Numbered from the stretch's first letter, positions 9,548 to 19,385 are shown. The stretch is DNA of 64,000 nucleotides from Chitinophagales bacterium 65-1 (GCA_002050465.1 MWYX01000061.1:459-64458); one strand, 5' to 3'. A program made the numbers and translations. Notes: generated from the sequence alone by a model not told the origin.

Positions 9548-11668
9548 TCAGGCAGGCTCTAACCATGCATCATTTTCTTTGATAAGATCTATTAATTCAG
9601 CAACGGCTACATCTTCAGAAACTGATCTTTTTATAACTTCTTTTCCTTTATATAAAGTTATTTTACCGGGGCCACTGCCCACATATCCAAAATCAGCATC
9701 TGCCATTTCTCCCGGACCATTTACTATGCATCCCATAATGGCAATTTTTACCCCCTTAAGATGATTAGTAACGGCTCTTATTTTTGCAGTAGTTTCCTGC
9801 AGATCAAACAATGTTCTTCCGCAGCTTGGGCAACTAATGTATTCTGTTTTTGAAATTCTTGTACGGGTTGCCTGTAAAATTCCAAAAGCAATTGAGTTAA
9901 GAAATTTATTATCGGTTGGCACTTTTTTCTCAGAAAACCGATGCCCCAAACAAATTCCATCTCCAAAACCATCAAGTAACAATGCCCCGGTTTCTATTGA
10001 ATAATGAATAAGACTTTCGTCCATTATTTCATGCATACTGTCAGTAATTATTACGACAGGATTTTTTATGTCCTCATGTATTAACTGTAAAAACATTTTT
10101 CGAATACTCTGAACAGCATTCCGATTTGTAGAGCTTAAACATATCACAACAGTGCTGTCATTCTTTAATTTTGAAAATATTTTTTCAATATCAACCGCAG
10201 GATAACCATCAGAATAACAATCAATCATTACAAAATTAATAACTGCTGATGTTGTAATGGCATCATCTAAGTATTGTTCTTGATCAATAATGGGGAAATA
10301 TTTTTCTTTGTCTGTACAATTAAGCCATGTATTGTAATAACAGATCACTTTTAATGTTACCGGTAATGCAAAATCAATTAGCTGATCTGCGGTAAATAAA
10401 TAATCTGCAGCCGTATCACTAATATTCCATTTATCGGTAACTATATCATAAGTACAGCCTATAGCTTCTAAATCTTCACGTTTGATCTTTTCGATTTTAT
10501 GCAGGTCTCCAATAACAACCGGAACATGCTTATTGCCAATATTATTCACATCAATCGTTTCTCTTCTTTTATATTCAAAAGGAAGCCTCTCCCTAAATCC
10601 CTCTCCAATAGAGAGAAGCCTCTCCCTAAATCCCTCCCCGACAGGGAGGGACTTTGAAGATTCTCCTGTTTCGATATTTGTTTTGTTTATTGCAGTCTTG
10701 ACATTTAAATTTTTATCTGAAATTTCAAAAACATTTGTCTGGCTTTGTGTGTTGGCTAAGCCTCCCCCGTGGGGGGAGATTTGGAGGGGGCTGTATCGTT
10801 TCACAATATTTCTGCAAACAGGAATTTCTAATTCAGGATCTTCAGTTAATGAAACCCTTATTGTATCACCTATCCCATCTTCCAGTAATGTGCCAATACC
10901 AATAGCTGATTTAATTCTTCCATCTTCGCCGTCACCTGCTTCGGTAACACCCAAATGCAATGGATAACAATGCCCTAATTCATCATACATATTTTGAATC
11001 AGGAGCCTGTATGCCTGTACCATTACCTGGGGATTACTGCTCTTCATACTTAAGACAATATTGTAATATCCTTCACTCTCTGCTATCCGCAAAAATTCCA
11101 TGGCACTTTCAACCATCCCTATGGGTGTATCACCGTAACGGCTCATAATGCGATCACTCAATGAACCATGATTAGTACCAATACGCATAGCCGTACCGTA
11201 TTCTTTACAGATCTTCACTAAAGGAGTAAAGCGATTTCTTATACGCTCAATTTCTTCCAGATATTCCACATCAGAATATTCAAGTATTTCAAACTTTTTT
11301 TTATCTACATAATTACCCGGATTAATACGAACCTTCTCAACAAGCCTGGCTGCAATTTCAGCAGCATTTGGTGTAAAATGAATATCGGCAACTATAGGTG
11401 TATCGAACCCGTGTTTGCGTAATGCGTTTTTTATATTGATAAGGTTTTCTGCCTCTTTTTTAGAAGGCGCTGTAATACGGATAAGTTCAGAACCTGCTTC
11501 AATACAGCGAATACTCTGCTCTACGGTTGCAATAGTATCCATCGTATCGGTGGTAGTCATTGTTTGTATACGAATAGGATTAAAATTGCCTAACAGCAGA
11601 TGACCTGCTTTTACCGGGAGTGTGGCAAGCCGTTTATATTCCGTTAAGGATTCAGCGTATAACTGCAT
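9548..11668 (-). CDS. ispG: (E)-4-hydroxy-3-methylbut-2-enyl-diphosphate synthase, long form, with in-frame repeat insertion
   Basis: ADIHF, RINPGN, RIGTNHGSLS, LHLGVTEAG, SCPSCGR, MGCIVNGPGE. Confidence 0.97.
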   Translation of the reverse strand: MQLYAESLTEYKRLATLPVKAGHLLLGNFNPIRIQTMTTTDTMDTIATVEQSIRCIEAGSELIRITAPSKKEAENLINIKNALRKHGFDTPIVADIHFTPNAAEIAARLVEKVRINPGNYVDKKKFEILEYSDVEYLEEIERIRNRFTPLVKICKEYGTAMRIGTNHGSLSDRIMSRYGDTPIGMVESAMEFLRIAESEGYYNIVLSMKSSNPQVMVQAYRLLIQNMYDELGHCYPLHLGVTEAGDGEDGRIKSAIGIGTLLEDGIGDTIRVSLTEDPELEIPVCRNIVKRYSPLQISPHGGGLANTQSQTNVFEISDKNLNVKTAINKTNIETGESSKSLPVGEGFRERLLSIGEGFRERLPFEYKRRETIDVNNIGNKHVPVVIGDLHKIEKIKREDLEAIGCTYDIVTDKWNISDTAADYLFTADQLIDFALPVTLKVICYYNTWLNCTDKEKYFPIIDQEQYLDDAITTSAVINFVMIDCYSDGYPAVDIEKIFSKLKNDSTVVICLSSTNRNAVQSIRKMFLQLIHEDIKNPVVIITDSMHEIMDESLIHYSIETGALLLDGFGDGICLGHRFSEKKVPTDNKFLNSIAFGILQATRTRISKTEYISCPSCGRTLFDLQETTAKIRAVTNHLKGVKIAIMGCIVNGPGEMADADFGYVGSGPGKITLYKGKEVIKRSVSEDVAVAELIDLIKENDAWLEPA
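10582..10795. mobile_element. REP-doublet/MITE-like palindromic element in frame inside ispG
   Basis: 22-nt direct repeat gaagcctctccctaaatccctc (10582, 10615); hairpin aaatccctccc-cgaca-gggagggactt; inverted partner cctcccccgtggggggagatttggagggggctgta (10761-10795). Confidence 0.75.
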
Positions 11669-11767
11669 TCGATTTAATCACTATTTTAATTTGCAAAAAT
11701 ACAATTAAAGAAAGGAAGGATGATTAAAGAGGAGCTATTCAAAATTGAAGTAGTTTCTGAGTAAAAC

Positions 11768-13414
11768 TTACCAGTCTTTTTCCGGCTGATCAGTTGATGA
11801 GGATTTAACTTTATGTAATTTATCCTGCAGATTTTTTTCATGCTCCAATAAAGATTTTAATTTTTCCTCAGCATCCTGCTTTGATATTTTTGAAGGTTGC
11901 GGTTTGGGATCATCCTTTTTATCCTGATTTTTATTCTTATCTTTTTTATCTTGCTTTTTATCTTTCTGATCCTGCTTTTTTAATTGCTGTAAAGCCCGTT
12001 GCAAATTTTGCCTTGCCTGCTCATCATTAGGGTCCAGCTTCAATGCATTTTTATACGCTTTTATACATTCAACCAATTTATTTTGCGATTGTAATACCAC
12101 ACCACCATTGTAATATGCCTTTTGTTTCAGGTTATTGGTCTGGGCAGTTTTGGTGGTATTATCATACGCCTTTAGCGCATCATCAATCTTCTTGGTTTTA
12201 TACAATGCATTGCCATGGTTGTAGAGAGCAGTTGTATTGCCCGTAGATTTTTTTAATGCCTTTTGATAAGATGCGGCAGCCTCATTGTATTGTTTATTTT
12301 TATAAGCTTCATTTCCTTTTATTATTTCTTTTTTTGCGCTTTGGGAAAACCCTTTCGAGGCCCCAATTAATACGGGGGCTATGGTTATTACAAATATTAT
12401 AGGCAGTCCTTTTTTAATTGAATTCATTTTAACTCTTTCAGGAACCAGACTTTCTATTAATAAAATAATTAAAGCAGCCAGAAGAAAATACCAAAAGTAA
12501 TTTTTATAAACTCCGAATGATGAGCCTGTTAGTGTTGTCTGACCAATTGTTTTTAATTTTCTATGAATGTTATCAGCAACTTCATCAGCGCTTGAAAACA
12601 ATTGATATAAACCATTTCCGGTTTGGGCAATGCTTTTTAATTCTTCTTCGTTTAGTTTTGAAACAACAGTATTACCGTTATTATCTTTTTTATATTCATT
12701 TGTTTCTTTATCCCTGATCGGCGCTCCCTGGACGGAACCAATGCCAACCGTATTTACCATAACACCTTCTTCTGCAAGCCGTTTTGTTACATCAATGGCA
12801 TCTTCATCATGGTCTTCTCCATCACTTATTAAAATTATAGCACGATATTTTTTTTCCTTTGTATTGAAAGCAGCGTAACTCATTTTAAGTGCCTGGTTTA
12901 TAACAGTTCCCTGGGTTGGAACATTATCAGTAGAGGCTGACGACAAATACATTTTAGCTGCAGAATGATCACTAGTAAGAGGCATTTGCAAATAAGCCCG
13001 GCCTGCAAATACTACGATTCCTACTTTATCATCGGCCAGTTTATCAATTAATTTACCTACCAGTTGCTTTGCTCTTTCCAGGCGATTGGGCTTTATATCC
13101 TCAGCCAACATGCTATTGCTTACATCTAAAGCAATCATCACATCTATTCCCTTACGATTTATTTTTTGAGTTCCAATCGGTTTTACCAGATCGGCAACAG
13201 CAAAACCACATAAGGAAAATCCGATCAAAACCAGTACAAACTTTATTGCAAAAAGCTTTGAAGAAAAACCCTGAATTAATTGTTTTACCAATGGTGGGTC
13301 TCCGATTTTTTTCATAGCCCTGTTTTTCCACCTTTTTAATAAAACGTAAAGCAATAGCATAAAAGGGATTGCAGCAAGCACTAACAAAAATTCTATGTGT
13401 TGAAAACGGAACAT
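11768..13414 (-). CDS. BatB-like VWA domain fused to BatC-like TPR domain
   Basis: DVSNSM MIDAS motif, LISDGEDH, TM segment, then YNHGNALY/YYNGG TPRs, K/D/Q-rich linker, C-terminal EKDW. Confidence 0.85.
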   Translation of the reverse strand: MFRFQHIEFLLVLAAIPFMLLLYVLLKRWKNRAMKKIGDPPLVKQLIQGFSSKLFAIKFVLVLIGFSLCGFAVADLVKPIGTQKINRKGIDVMIALDVSNSMLAEDIKPNRLERAKQLVGKLIDKLADDKVGIVVFAGRAYLQMPLTSDHSAAKMYLSSASTDNVPTQGTVINQALKMSYAAFNTKEKKYRAIILISDGEDHDEDAIDVTKRLAEEGVMVNTVGIGSVQGAPIRDKETNEYKKDNNGNTVVSKLNEEELKSIAQTGNGLYQLFSSADEVADNIHRKLKTIGQTTLTGSSFGVYKNYFWYFLLAALIILLIESLVPERVKMNSIKKGLPIIFVITIAPVLIGASKGFSQSAKKEIIKGNEAYKNKQYNEAAASYQKALKKSTGNTTALYNHGNALYKTKKIDDALKAYDNTTKTAQTNNLKQKAYYNGGVVLQSQNKLVECIKAYKNALKLDPNDEQARQNLQRALQQLKKQDQKDKKQDKKDKNKNQDKKDDPKPQPSKISKQDAEEKLKSLLEHEKNLQDKLHKVKSSSTDQPEKDW

Positions 13415-13526
13415 ATTACAATATGCTTATTAATCGCAAGGTAAACAATGCTGTTGGGCAAAAAATAAACCAATAAGATGAATATAAAATTTTTAACAGT
13501 GCGGATACTTTTTGTTATGCGAAACG

Positions 13527-14192
13527 TTACCGGGAATTACGAAGTGTTAGCGAGATATTGCTTATGTATATCTTTTTTAAATTTTGCTTTACCAGCGGCA
13601 TATCAGTATTTAATTCATGATCGCCCATAATACTATCACTGGCATCCTCGGATGATGTAAGCCGGAAATATATCTTCGAATTGTTATATTTACCATTATG
13701 ATAGGATGATATCATACCGCCATAATCCCATGATGTACCGGTAAAAGTGATCTTTTTTCCATTAGTTTTCAGCAGGCTTTCCAGCGTACTTCCAATTTTT
13801 AAACCATCAGCAGTATGATACGGAGCATTTGGCTGATAACAATCAACTGTACTTATAGCAGTGTGAAACTTATGCCAGCTGATTATTATTTCCTTTGGAG
13901 TGTTTGAATAAACTTTGGTTACAATAATACTATCCGTGCCTTCAGCAATATAATTAATTGTATCCTGAAGATTGTTTTTCCCAAATATATTTAGAAGTTC
14001 AGTATATGATGTAGTTTTATTTATTTTTCCAAAACTTGTATCAGTTATTAAAAACTCATTTTGGTGCTGAATATTGGTAACTGAATCCGGGGTATCAGCA
14101 ACAGAATCTATTGTGGTTATTTTAGCATTCTCCTGCTTTTGTTTGCATGAGTAAATAATAAATAACAAAAAAACTGATAATATATATTTCAT
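13527..14192 (-). CDS. Hypothetical lipoprotein
   Basis: Lipobox IIYSC; 221 aa. Confidence 0.75.
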   Translation of the reverse strand: MKYILSVFLLFIIYSCKQKQENAKITTIDSVADTPDSVTNIQHQNEFLITDTSFGKINKTTSYTELLNIFGKNNLQDTINYIAEGTDSIIVTKVYSNTPKEIIISWHKFHTAISTVDCYQPNAPYHTADGLKIGSTLESLLKTNGKKITFTGTSWDYGGMISSYHNGKYNNSKIYFRLTSSEDASDSIMGDHELNTDMPLVKQNLKKIYISNISLTLRNSR

Positions 14193-14197
14193 AACTT

Positions 14198-15013
14198 TTA
14201 CATTTCTCCTTTAAAAAATCCATATTGTTTTAAGATACCCTTGGTGATATTCATTCGTATCGTTTGCATATCAATATTTTTATCAGGGCTTATTACCAGG
14301 GTTACAAAAAAATAAACATGCTGGTTCTCTTCTATCCAGCCAACAACCCAGCCTATTGCATTTTGCATTTCATCATAACCCCACCCTGTTTTATAGCTTA
14401 ACTTATACAATGTATTATTTTCCTGCAGCATCATATCCTTTACAATTTGCTGGGTACGTTTTTGAAAAGGAAGTTTATCAAAATATAATTTTTTTACAAG
14501 TCCCAGTTGTTCGTCAGGTGAAATTTTTAAAGTATTGTTTATCCAGAACGAATCAACAGGTCCGCTAACATTCATATTTCCATACTGTAAAGTATCGATC
14601 CATTGCCTCATAGTATCTCTGCCGATTCTCCTGGCAACTTCATGATAGTAGGAAATTGAGGAGACTTTAAAAGCTTCTGCCATACTAAGATCTCTGTTCC
14701 ATGCTTCATTCCTTCTCTTTATTCCATCCCATTTTATTACCATTTTTTCATCTGTTATCCTTCCTGTTTCAAGGCCTATCAAGGAGTTTACAATCTTAAA
14801 AGTGGAAGCAGGTAAAAATCTTTGGGTATCCAGTTTCATGTTATACACGCTAACTTCGCCTGTTTGATTATTTACCATTGAAAAGCAGCCATCAACCTTT
14901 GCTGAATCAAAATATTTCTTAAGACTATTATCGATCTTAGCCTGGTTTACTGAACAGGATCCATGGACAAAAATGATGAAAATGATGAAAATGACAGAAA
15001 GATTGTTCTTCAT
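14198..15013 (-). CDS. Class D (OXA-type) beta-lactamase/penicillin-binding protein, probable lipoprotein
   Basis: PASTFK (SxxK), SSI (SxV position), YGN, FW, KTG, GWVVGW. Confidence 0.9.
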   Translation of the reverse strand: MKNNLSVIFIIFIIFVHGSCSVNQAKIDNSLKKYFDSAKVDGCFSMVNNQTGEVSVYNMKLDTQRFLPASTFKIVNSLIGLETGRITDEKMVIKWDGIKRRNEAWNRDLSMAEAFKVSSISYYHEVARRIGRDTMRQWIDTLQYGNMNVSGPVDSFWINNTLKISPDEQLGLVKKLYFDKLPFQKRTQQIVKDMMLQENNTLYKLSYKTGWGYDEMQNAIGWVVGWIEENQHVYFFVTLVISPDKNIDMQTIRMNITKGILKQYGFFKGEM

Positions 15014-15016
15014 AAT

Positions 15017-15604
15017 TTATACGGCAACGAGTTTTTGGTGTTCAGCAGAAGCACACAATGCGTCATAAAATTCTATTCCAAATTTTCTTACCAGTGCATC
15101 TTTTAAAAAAATATAAACCGGAACTTTTAATTTTTTGCCAAGTGAACATCCTCCGCTGCAAAGGTTTTCTCTGGGCTCATAATTCACATATTCAGTTTTA
15201 CCGTTCCTGCTTTTTTTTGTACGGATAGGATATAGATGGCAGCTGATAGGTTTTTTCCAATTTATTTTACCATCATTATACGCCTGCTCTATCCCACATT
15301 TTACTATTCCATTTGTATCATTAATTCCATAAACGCAAATACTGGAATTTATTGTAGGCGTTACCCAGCCAAATTCTTTATCATAAACATATCTTCCCTG
15401 CTTTTCTAATTCTCTTTTCGCCTCTTCTGAGAGATAGGGCAACACTGCGTTATATACTTCATCAAGTTCTTTAAGTTCTTTATTATTCAGCGGCGCTCCT
15501 GCATCCCCATCTACACAACAGCCGCCTTTACATTTATTAAGGTCGCAGACAAATTGTTCTTCCACTACCTGATTACTTATCAGAACATTATCAATGGCAA
15601 TCAT
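15017..15604 (-). CDS. DUF3109 family Cys-rich protein
   Basis: FVCDLNKCKGGCCVDGDAGAPL, KPISCHLYPIR. Confidence 0.85.
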   Translation of the reverse strand: MIAIDNVLISNQVVEEQFVCDLNKCKGGCCVDGDAGAPLNNKELKELDEVYNAVLPYLSEEAKRELEKQGRYVYDKEFGWVTPTINSSICVYGINDTNGIVKCGIEQAYNDGKINWKKPISCHLYPIRTKKSRNGKTEYVNYEPRENLCSGGCSLGKKLKVPVYIFLKDALVRKFGIEFYDALCASAEHQKLVAV

Positions 15605-15708
15605 ATTATAAAGGTAAGTCAATGCGTTATTAGGTCAATAAGTCATTAAATTTATATTAGCAAGCTTTGTCCTATTTTCCGGCAATCACCCTGACTTAAT
15701 AATGAATA

Positions 15709-16371
15709 TTATTTCCATTTTAAGGTATTAATAAGATGTTTAAGATCTTCCTGTAAAAAAGCGTTGACAGGTGCCAGCGAATCCTCATTAGGTGTTGCAT
15801 CAAAATATAATGCTCCGCGGAGAAAATGCTTAACCGTATCAGTTAACAGAAATTGTTTTGATGTGGCTACGCTTCCTCCAACTCTAAAAAAAATTCCGGT
15901 GATATTATTGGGAGTATGCATTACACTGTCTTCAATAGAATAAGCTTTTATATCATTTTTAAAAGTGAGTTTATAAGAATCATTTATTAAATTTTCAAAG
16001 GTATTAGCAGCCATTGAATCTTTATAACCATTGGAAGTTTTTATTTTATAAATTGACTTACCTCCTATGGTTTTATAACTGATAAATATTTTGCCACGAA
16101 ATGAAGGAAAATCAACATTTACCCAAAAGGGGTAATCCGTACTGCTGTCAAAGTATGTACTGTCTCTAACAATATTTGCATACGCCGGATATTCAAAGGA
16201 AAATGGAAAACCTTCTTTCTCAAATTTTACATACCTCCTTTCAGGAAAATCAACTTTAAAATACCCTTTAGGCTTTGAGGTGTAGGTGGAGTTGCAGCTA
16301 AAAAAAAAATTGACAACAGGCAATAAACAATAGACAAAAAGAAGGATTTTTTTGTTTAAATATTTTCTCAT
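15709..16371 (-). CDS. gldD: Gliding motility lipoprotein GldD
   Basis: Lipobox FFSC, KPKGYF, HFLRGALYF, NEDSLAPV; adjacent to gldE. Confidence 0.88.
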   Translation of the reverse strand: MRKYLNKKILLFVYCLLPVVNFFFSCNSTYTSKPKGYFKVDFPERRYVKFEKEGFPFSFEYPAYANIVRDSTYFDSSTDYPFWVNVDFPSFRGKIFISYKTIGGKSIYKIKTSNGYKDSMAANTFENLINDSYKLTFKNDIKAYSIEDSVMHTPNNITGIFFRVGGSVATSKQFLLTDTVKHFLRGALYFDATPNEDSLAPVNAFLQEDLKHLINTLKWK

Positions 16372-16404
16372 TTACATATTACTGTTATATGTTCCCTATA
16401 CCTA

Positions 16405-17742
16405 TTACGCATTGTTTGCTGTTTTGATACTAACCTTTACTTTTTCTATTCTATTCTTATTTATCTCCAGGGGAATAAAAATAAAATTATTGCTGACTAT
16501 CTCTTCATTTACCTGCGGAAATTCCCCTGCGATTTCCAAAACCAATCCTGCCAGCGAATCGCTGTCTCCTCTTACTTTATCAAACGTTTCAACAGGTAAG
16601 TGCAATGCTTTACACACATCATTTATCATTGTTTTGCCTTCAAAAATATAATTAAAGTCGTCTATTTTTTTATTGCCGCTGATTTCATCATCAAACTCAT
16701 CATGAATGTCACCGATTATCTCTTCCATAATATCCTCCAGTGTTACAATGCCGGAGGTTCCGCCAAATTCATCTACAACCACAGCAAAATGCATACGCTT
16801 ATTTCTGAATTCCTGCAGCAAATCTTCAATTAATTTTTGTTCATGAACATAAAATACCGGGCGCATTAATGAATGCCAGTCATAATCTGTTTCATTTAAA
16901 AAAGGTAAGAGGTCTTTGGTATGTAAAATACCCACTATCTCATCAAGATTATTTTTAAATACGGGTAATCGTGAATAATGCATTTCCTCTACTTTACTTA
17001 TAACCTGCTTAAAAGAATAATCATAGTCAATGCCACTCACATCAAGCCTTGTACGCATTATTTGCTTTACTGTAGTGTTGCCAAATTTCCTGATACCTTT
17101 TAAAATTTGTTTTTCTTCAGTTGTGGCTTCATGGTCCGGCAAAAGATCAATAGCGTAATCCAACTGCGAATTATCCATGCCTGACCTTCCTGAATGAAAT
17201 TTATTTTCAATCTTATCACTAAATTTTACAAGGCGGGAACTCACACGAAAAAAAATACTGTTGAATATTTCGATAATAAGAGAAGCAGATGAGGCGAACC
17301 AGATATTATGATGCGTGGCCCAGACCTTTGGCAGCACCTCACAAAACAAAACCAGCAAAGAAGTTACTACCAATACTTTAATTATAAACTCTATAACAAA
17401 ATGCATCTGCAAAGCATCCATCCAGCTTTGCATTAAAAGATTAGAAATTAAAATGATGCCTATGTTTACAAAGCTGTTTGTTATCAGCATTGATGCAAGC
17501 AGGGTTTTCGGAGTTTCAAGCAAAGTAACAATCCTCCTGTAAGAGGGACGTCGCTTTGTTTTAAGCATATTAATATCTTTGTAATTGAGAGAAAAAAAGG
17601 CCACCTCCGAACCGGCTACCAAAAACGAAATAATAACAAGAATGAGGGCTATAAAAATGAGAATGGTTGTTGCCGCCGGGGTGATTGACAAATAAATGAG
17701 CGGGAAAGATTCAAGAGCTACGATTGCCGAATGATAATCCAA
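16405..17742 (-). CDS. gldE: Gliding motility-associated CNNM/CBS/CorC protein GldE
   Basis: GSEVAFFSL, CEVLPK, VVVDEFGGTSGIVTLED; ssb-gldE-gldD order. Confidence 0.85.
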   Translation of the reverse strand: MDYHSAIVALESFPLIYLSITPAATTILIFIALILVIISFLVAGSEVAFFSLNYKDINMLKTKRRPSYRRIVTLLETPKTLLASMLITNSFVNIGIILISNLLMQSWMDALQMHFVIEFIIKVLVVTSLLVLFCEVLPKVWATHHNIWFASSASLIIEIFNSIFFRVSSRLVKFSDKIENKFHSGRSGMDNSQLDYAIDLLPDHEATTEEKQILKGIRKFGNTTVKQIMRTRLDVSGIDYDYSFKQVISKVEEMHYSRLPVFKNNLDEIVGILHTKDLLPFLNETDYDWHSLMRPVFYVHEQKLIEDLLQEFRNKRMHFAVVVDEFGGTSGIVTLEDIMEEIIGDIHDEFDDEISGNKKIDDFNYIFEGKTMINDVCKALHLPVETFDKVRGDSDSLAGLVLEIAGEFPQVNEEIVSNNFIFIPLEINKNRIEKVKVSIKTANNA

Positions 17743-17839
17743 AACAAATAAATTTTATTAAAGATACACTTCCTGAAACGGGAAATGCGAAACGGGAAAG
17801 ATATCCATGTATTTTATCAGGTTAGTTAATTAGGGTTGA

Positions 17840-18268
17840 TTAAAAAGGCAATTTTTCTGAACCTTCATCTATTGGAGGAACGTCAGTATCAGCGCCAGGC
17901 ATTGCTTCATCTCCGCCCCCATGATGCATACCTTCTGAACGCTTATCCAACATTATTAAATTATCTCCTATAACTTCTGTTGCAAATTTTTTGTTGTGGT
18001 CTTTATCTTCCCAGCTTCTTGTTTTTAATCTTCCTTCAATATATATAAGGCTTCCCTTGTGTAAATATTTTTGAGCAAGCTCTGCAAGGCCACGCCAAAG
18101 CACAACGGTATGCCATTCTGTTTGTGACATAAGTTTTCCGCTTTTATCCTTATAACTTTCTGTGGTAGCCAGAGAAAATTTTGCAACTGCAATATTACCT
18201 TCCAAAAACTGTAGGTCGGGATCTTTGCCAAGATTTCCGATCAGCATAACCCTGTTCACACCTCTCAT
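17840..18268 (-). CDS. ssb: Single-stranded DNA-binding protein
   Basis: VNRVMLIGNLGKDP, TEWH, C-terminal LPF. Confidence 0.97.
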   Translation of the reverse strand: MRGVNRVMLIGNLGKDPDLQFLEGNIAVAKFSLATTESYKDKSGKLMSQTEWHTVVLWRGLAELAQKYLHKGSLIYIEGRLKTRSWEDKDHNKKFATEVIGDNLIMLDKRSEGMHHGGGDEAMPGADTDVPPIDEGSEKLPF

Positions 18269-18335
18269 AAATAATAATTTATTTAAGTAACCAAAATGCT
18301 GTAAACCAGTGCCTCAACAAATTTAAAGATACTTT

Positions 18336-19385
18336 TTAATCTTTCAAATAAGTAGTGATAAATTTCGGAAAAGGGAGCTGTTTTATCTTATCCATAGCTG
18401 TTAGCTGATAATTATGTAACTCCAGCGAAGCTTTAACAGTAATATTTATAAATTGCCCGTTAATGGTTTGATGAGTAAGTTGTTGTGTATATAACTGAGA
18501 TGTGCTTTCAATTTTATATTCATTCGACTTAAAAATAGAGTTGAATTTTTCAGATGCCTGCAGCTTTTTAATGGTGTTGGGTTTTGCAGCTTCAAGCAAT
18601 ATAAACTCATACAAATTTTGCCAAATATCTTTTTCTTCCCTTTTTCTTACATAAAATTTATTGTTATACTTAACCACCAGGTAATATAACCACCGGCTTT
18701 TTCTTACAATTATCTTTTCTTTTACCGGCAATTCCAATTGCATGTCGTGCAAATAAGCTACACACCTGCTATTAAGTGGACAAATTTCACACAGAGGCAA
18801 TGGTTTACAGATTGTTGCTCCAAAATCCATTATCGACTGATTGTAAATCCCGGGATTTTTTTTATCAAGTAAATCCTTGGCCAGCTTAGTATAAAACATT
18901 TTACCCTGCAGGTTATCTATCGGAATTTTAATTCCAAAATATCTTGATAATACCCTGAATACATTTCCATCCAAAACAGCATACGGCAATTTATATGCAA
19001 ACGAAGCAATAGCAGATGCAGTATAGCTTCCAATGCCTTTCAGCTTTAGAATATCTTCATAAGTTTTAGGAAAATTTCCATTCAATTCTTCTGAAATATA
19101 TTTTGCGGATTCAATAATATTTTTGCATCTGGTATAATAACCCAATCCTTCCCATAATTTAAATACTTCATGCTCAGGTGCAATTGCTATAGTTTTTACC
19201 GTTGGAAATCTTTTGATAAACCTGTTATAATATTCCAGCCCCTGGCTTACACGGGTTTGTTGTAAAATAATTTCGCTGATCCAGATTTTGAATGGGTCTT
19301 TCTCATATTTCCAGGGCATAACACGGTCATTATCGTATTTATTCCACTGCAACAACTCTTTTGTAAAAAATTTCTTTGATGCCAA
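18336..19385 (-). CDS. mutY: A/G-specific adenine glycosylase
   Basis: ISEIILQQTRV, WEGLGYY, LKGIGSYTA, DGNVFRV, 4-Cys Fe-S motif. Confidence 0.95.
   Translation of the reverse strand: MASKKFFTKELLQWNKYDNDRVMPWKYEKDPFKIWISEIILQQTRVSQGLEYYNRFIKRFPTVKTIAIAPEHEVFKLWEGLGYYTRCKNIIESAKYISEELNGNFPKTYEDILKLKGIGSYTASAIASFAYKLPYAVLDGNVFRVLSRYFGIKIPIDNLQGKMFYTKLAKDLLDKKNPGIYNQSIMDFGATICKPLPLCEICPLNSRCVAYLHDMQLELPVKEKIIVRKSRWLYYLVVKYNNKFYVRKREEKDIWQNLYEFILLEAAKPNTIKKLQASEKFNSIFKSNEYKIESTSQLYTQQLTHQTINGQFINITVKASLELHNYQLTAMDKIKQLPFPKFITTYLKD

Noticed and set aside
10582-10640. Direct repeats considered as a mini CRISPR array
   Set aside because: Only two copies with an 11-nt gap, inside a CDS, and no cas genes.
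11900-11985. Repetitive DNA in the BatC-like region
   Set aside because: Encodes the K/D/Q-rich linker expected in BatC-like proteins.
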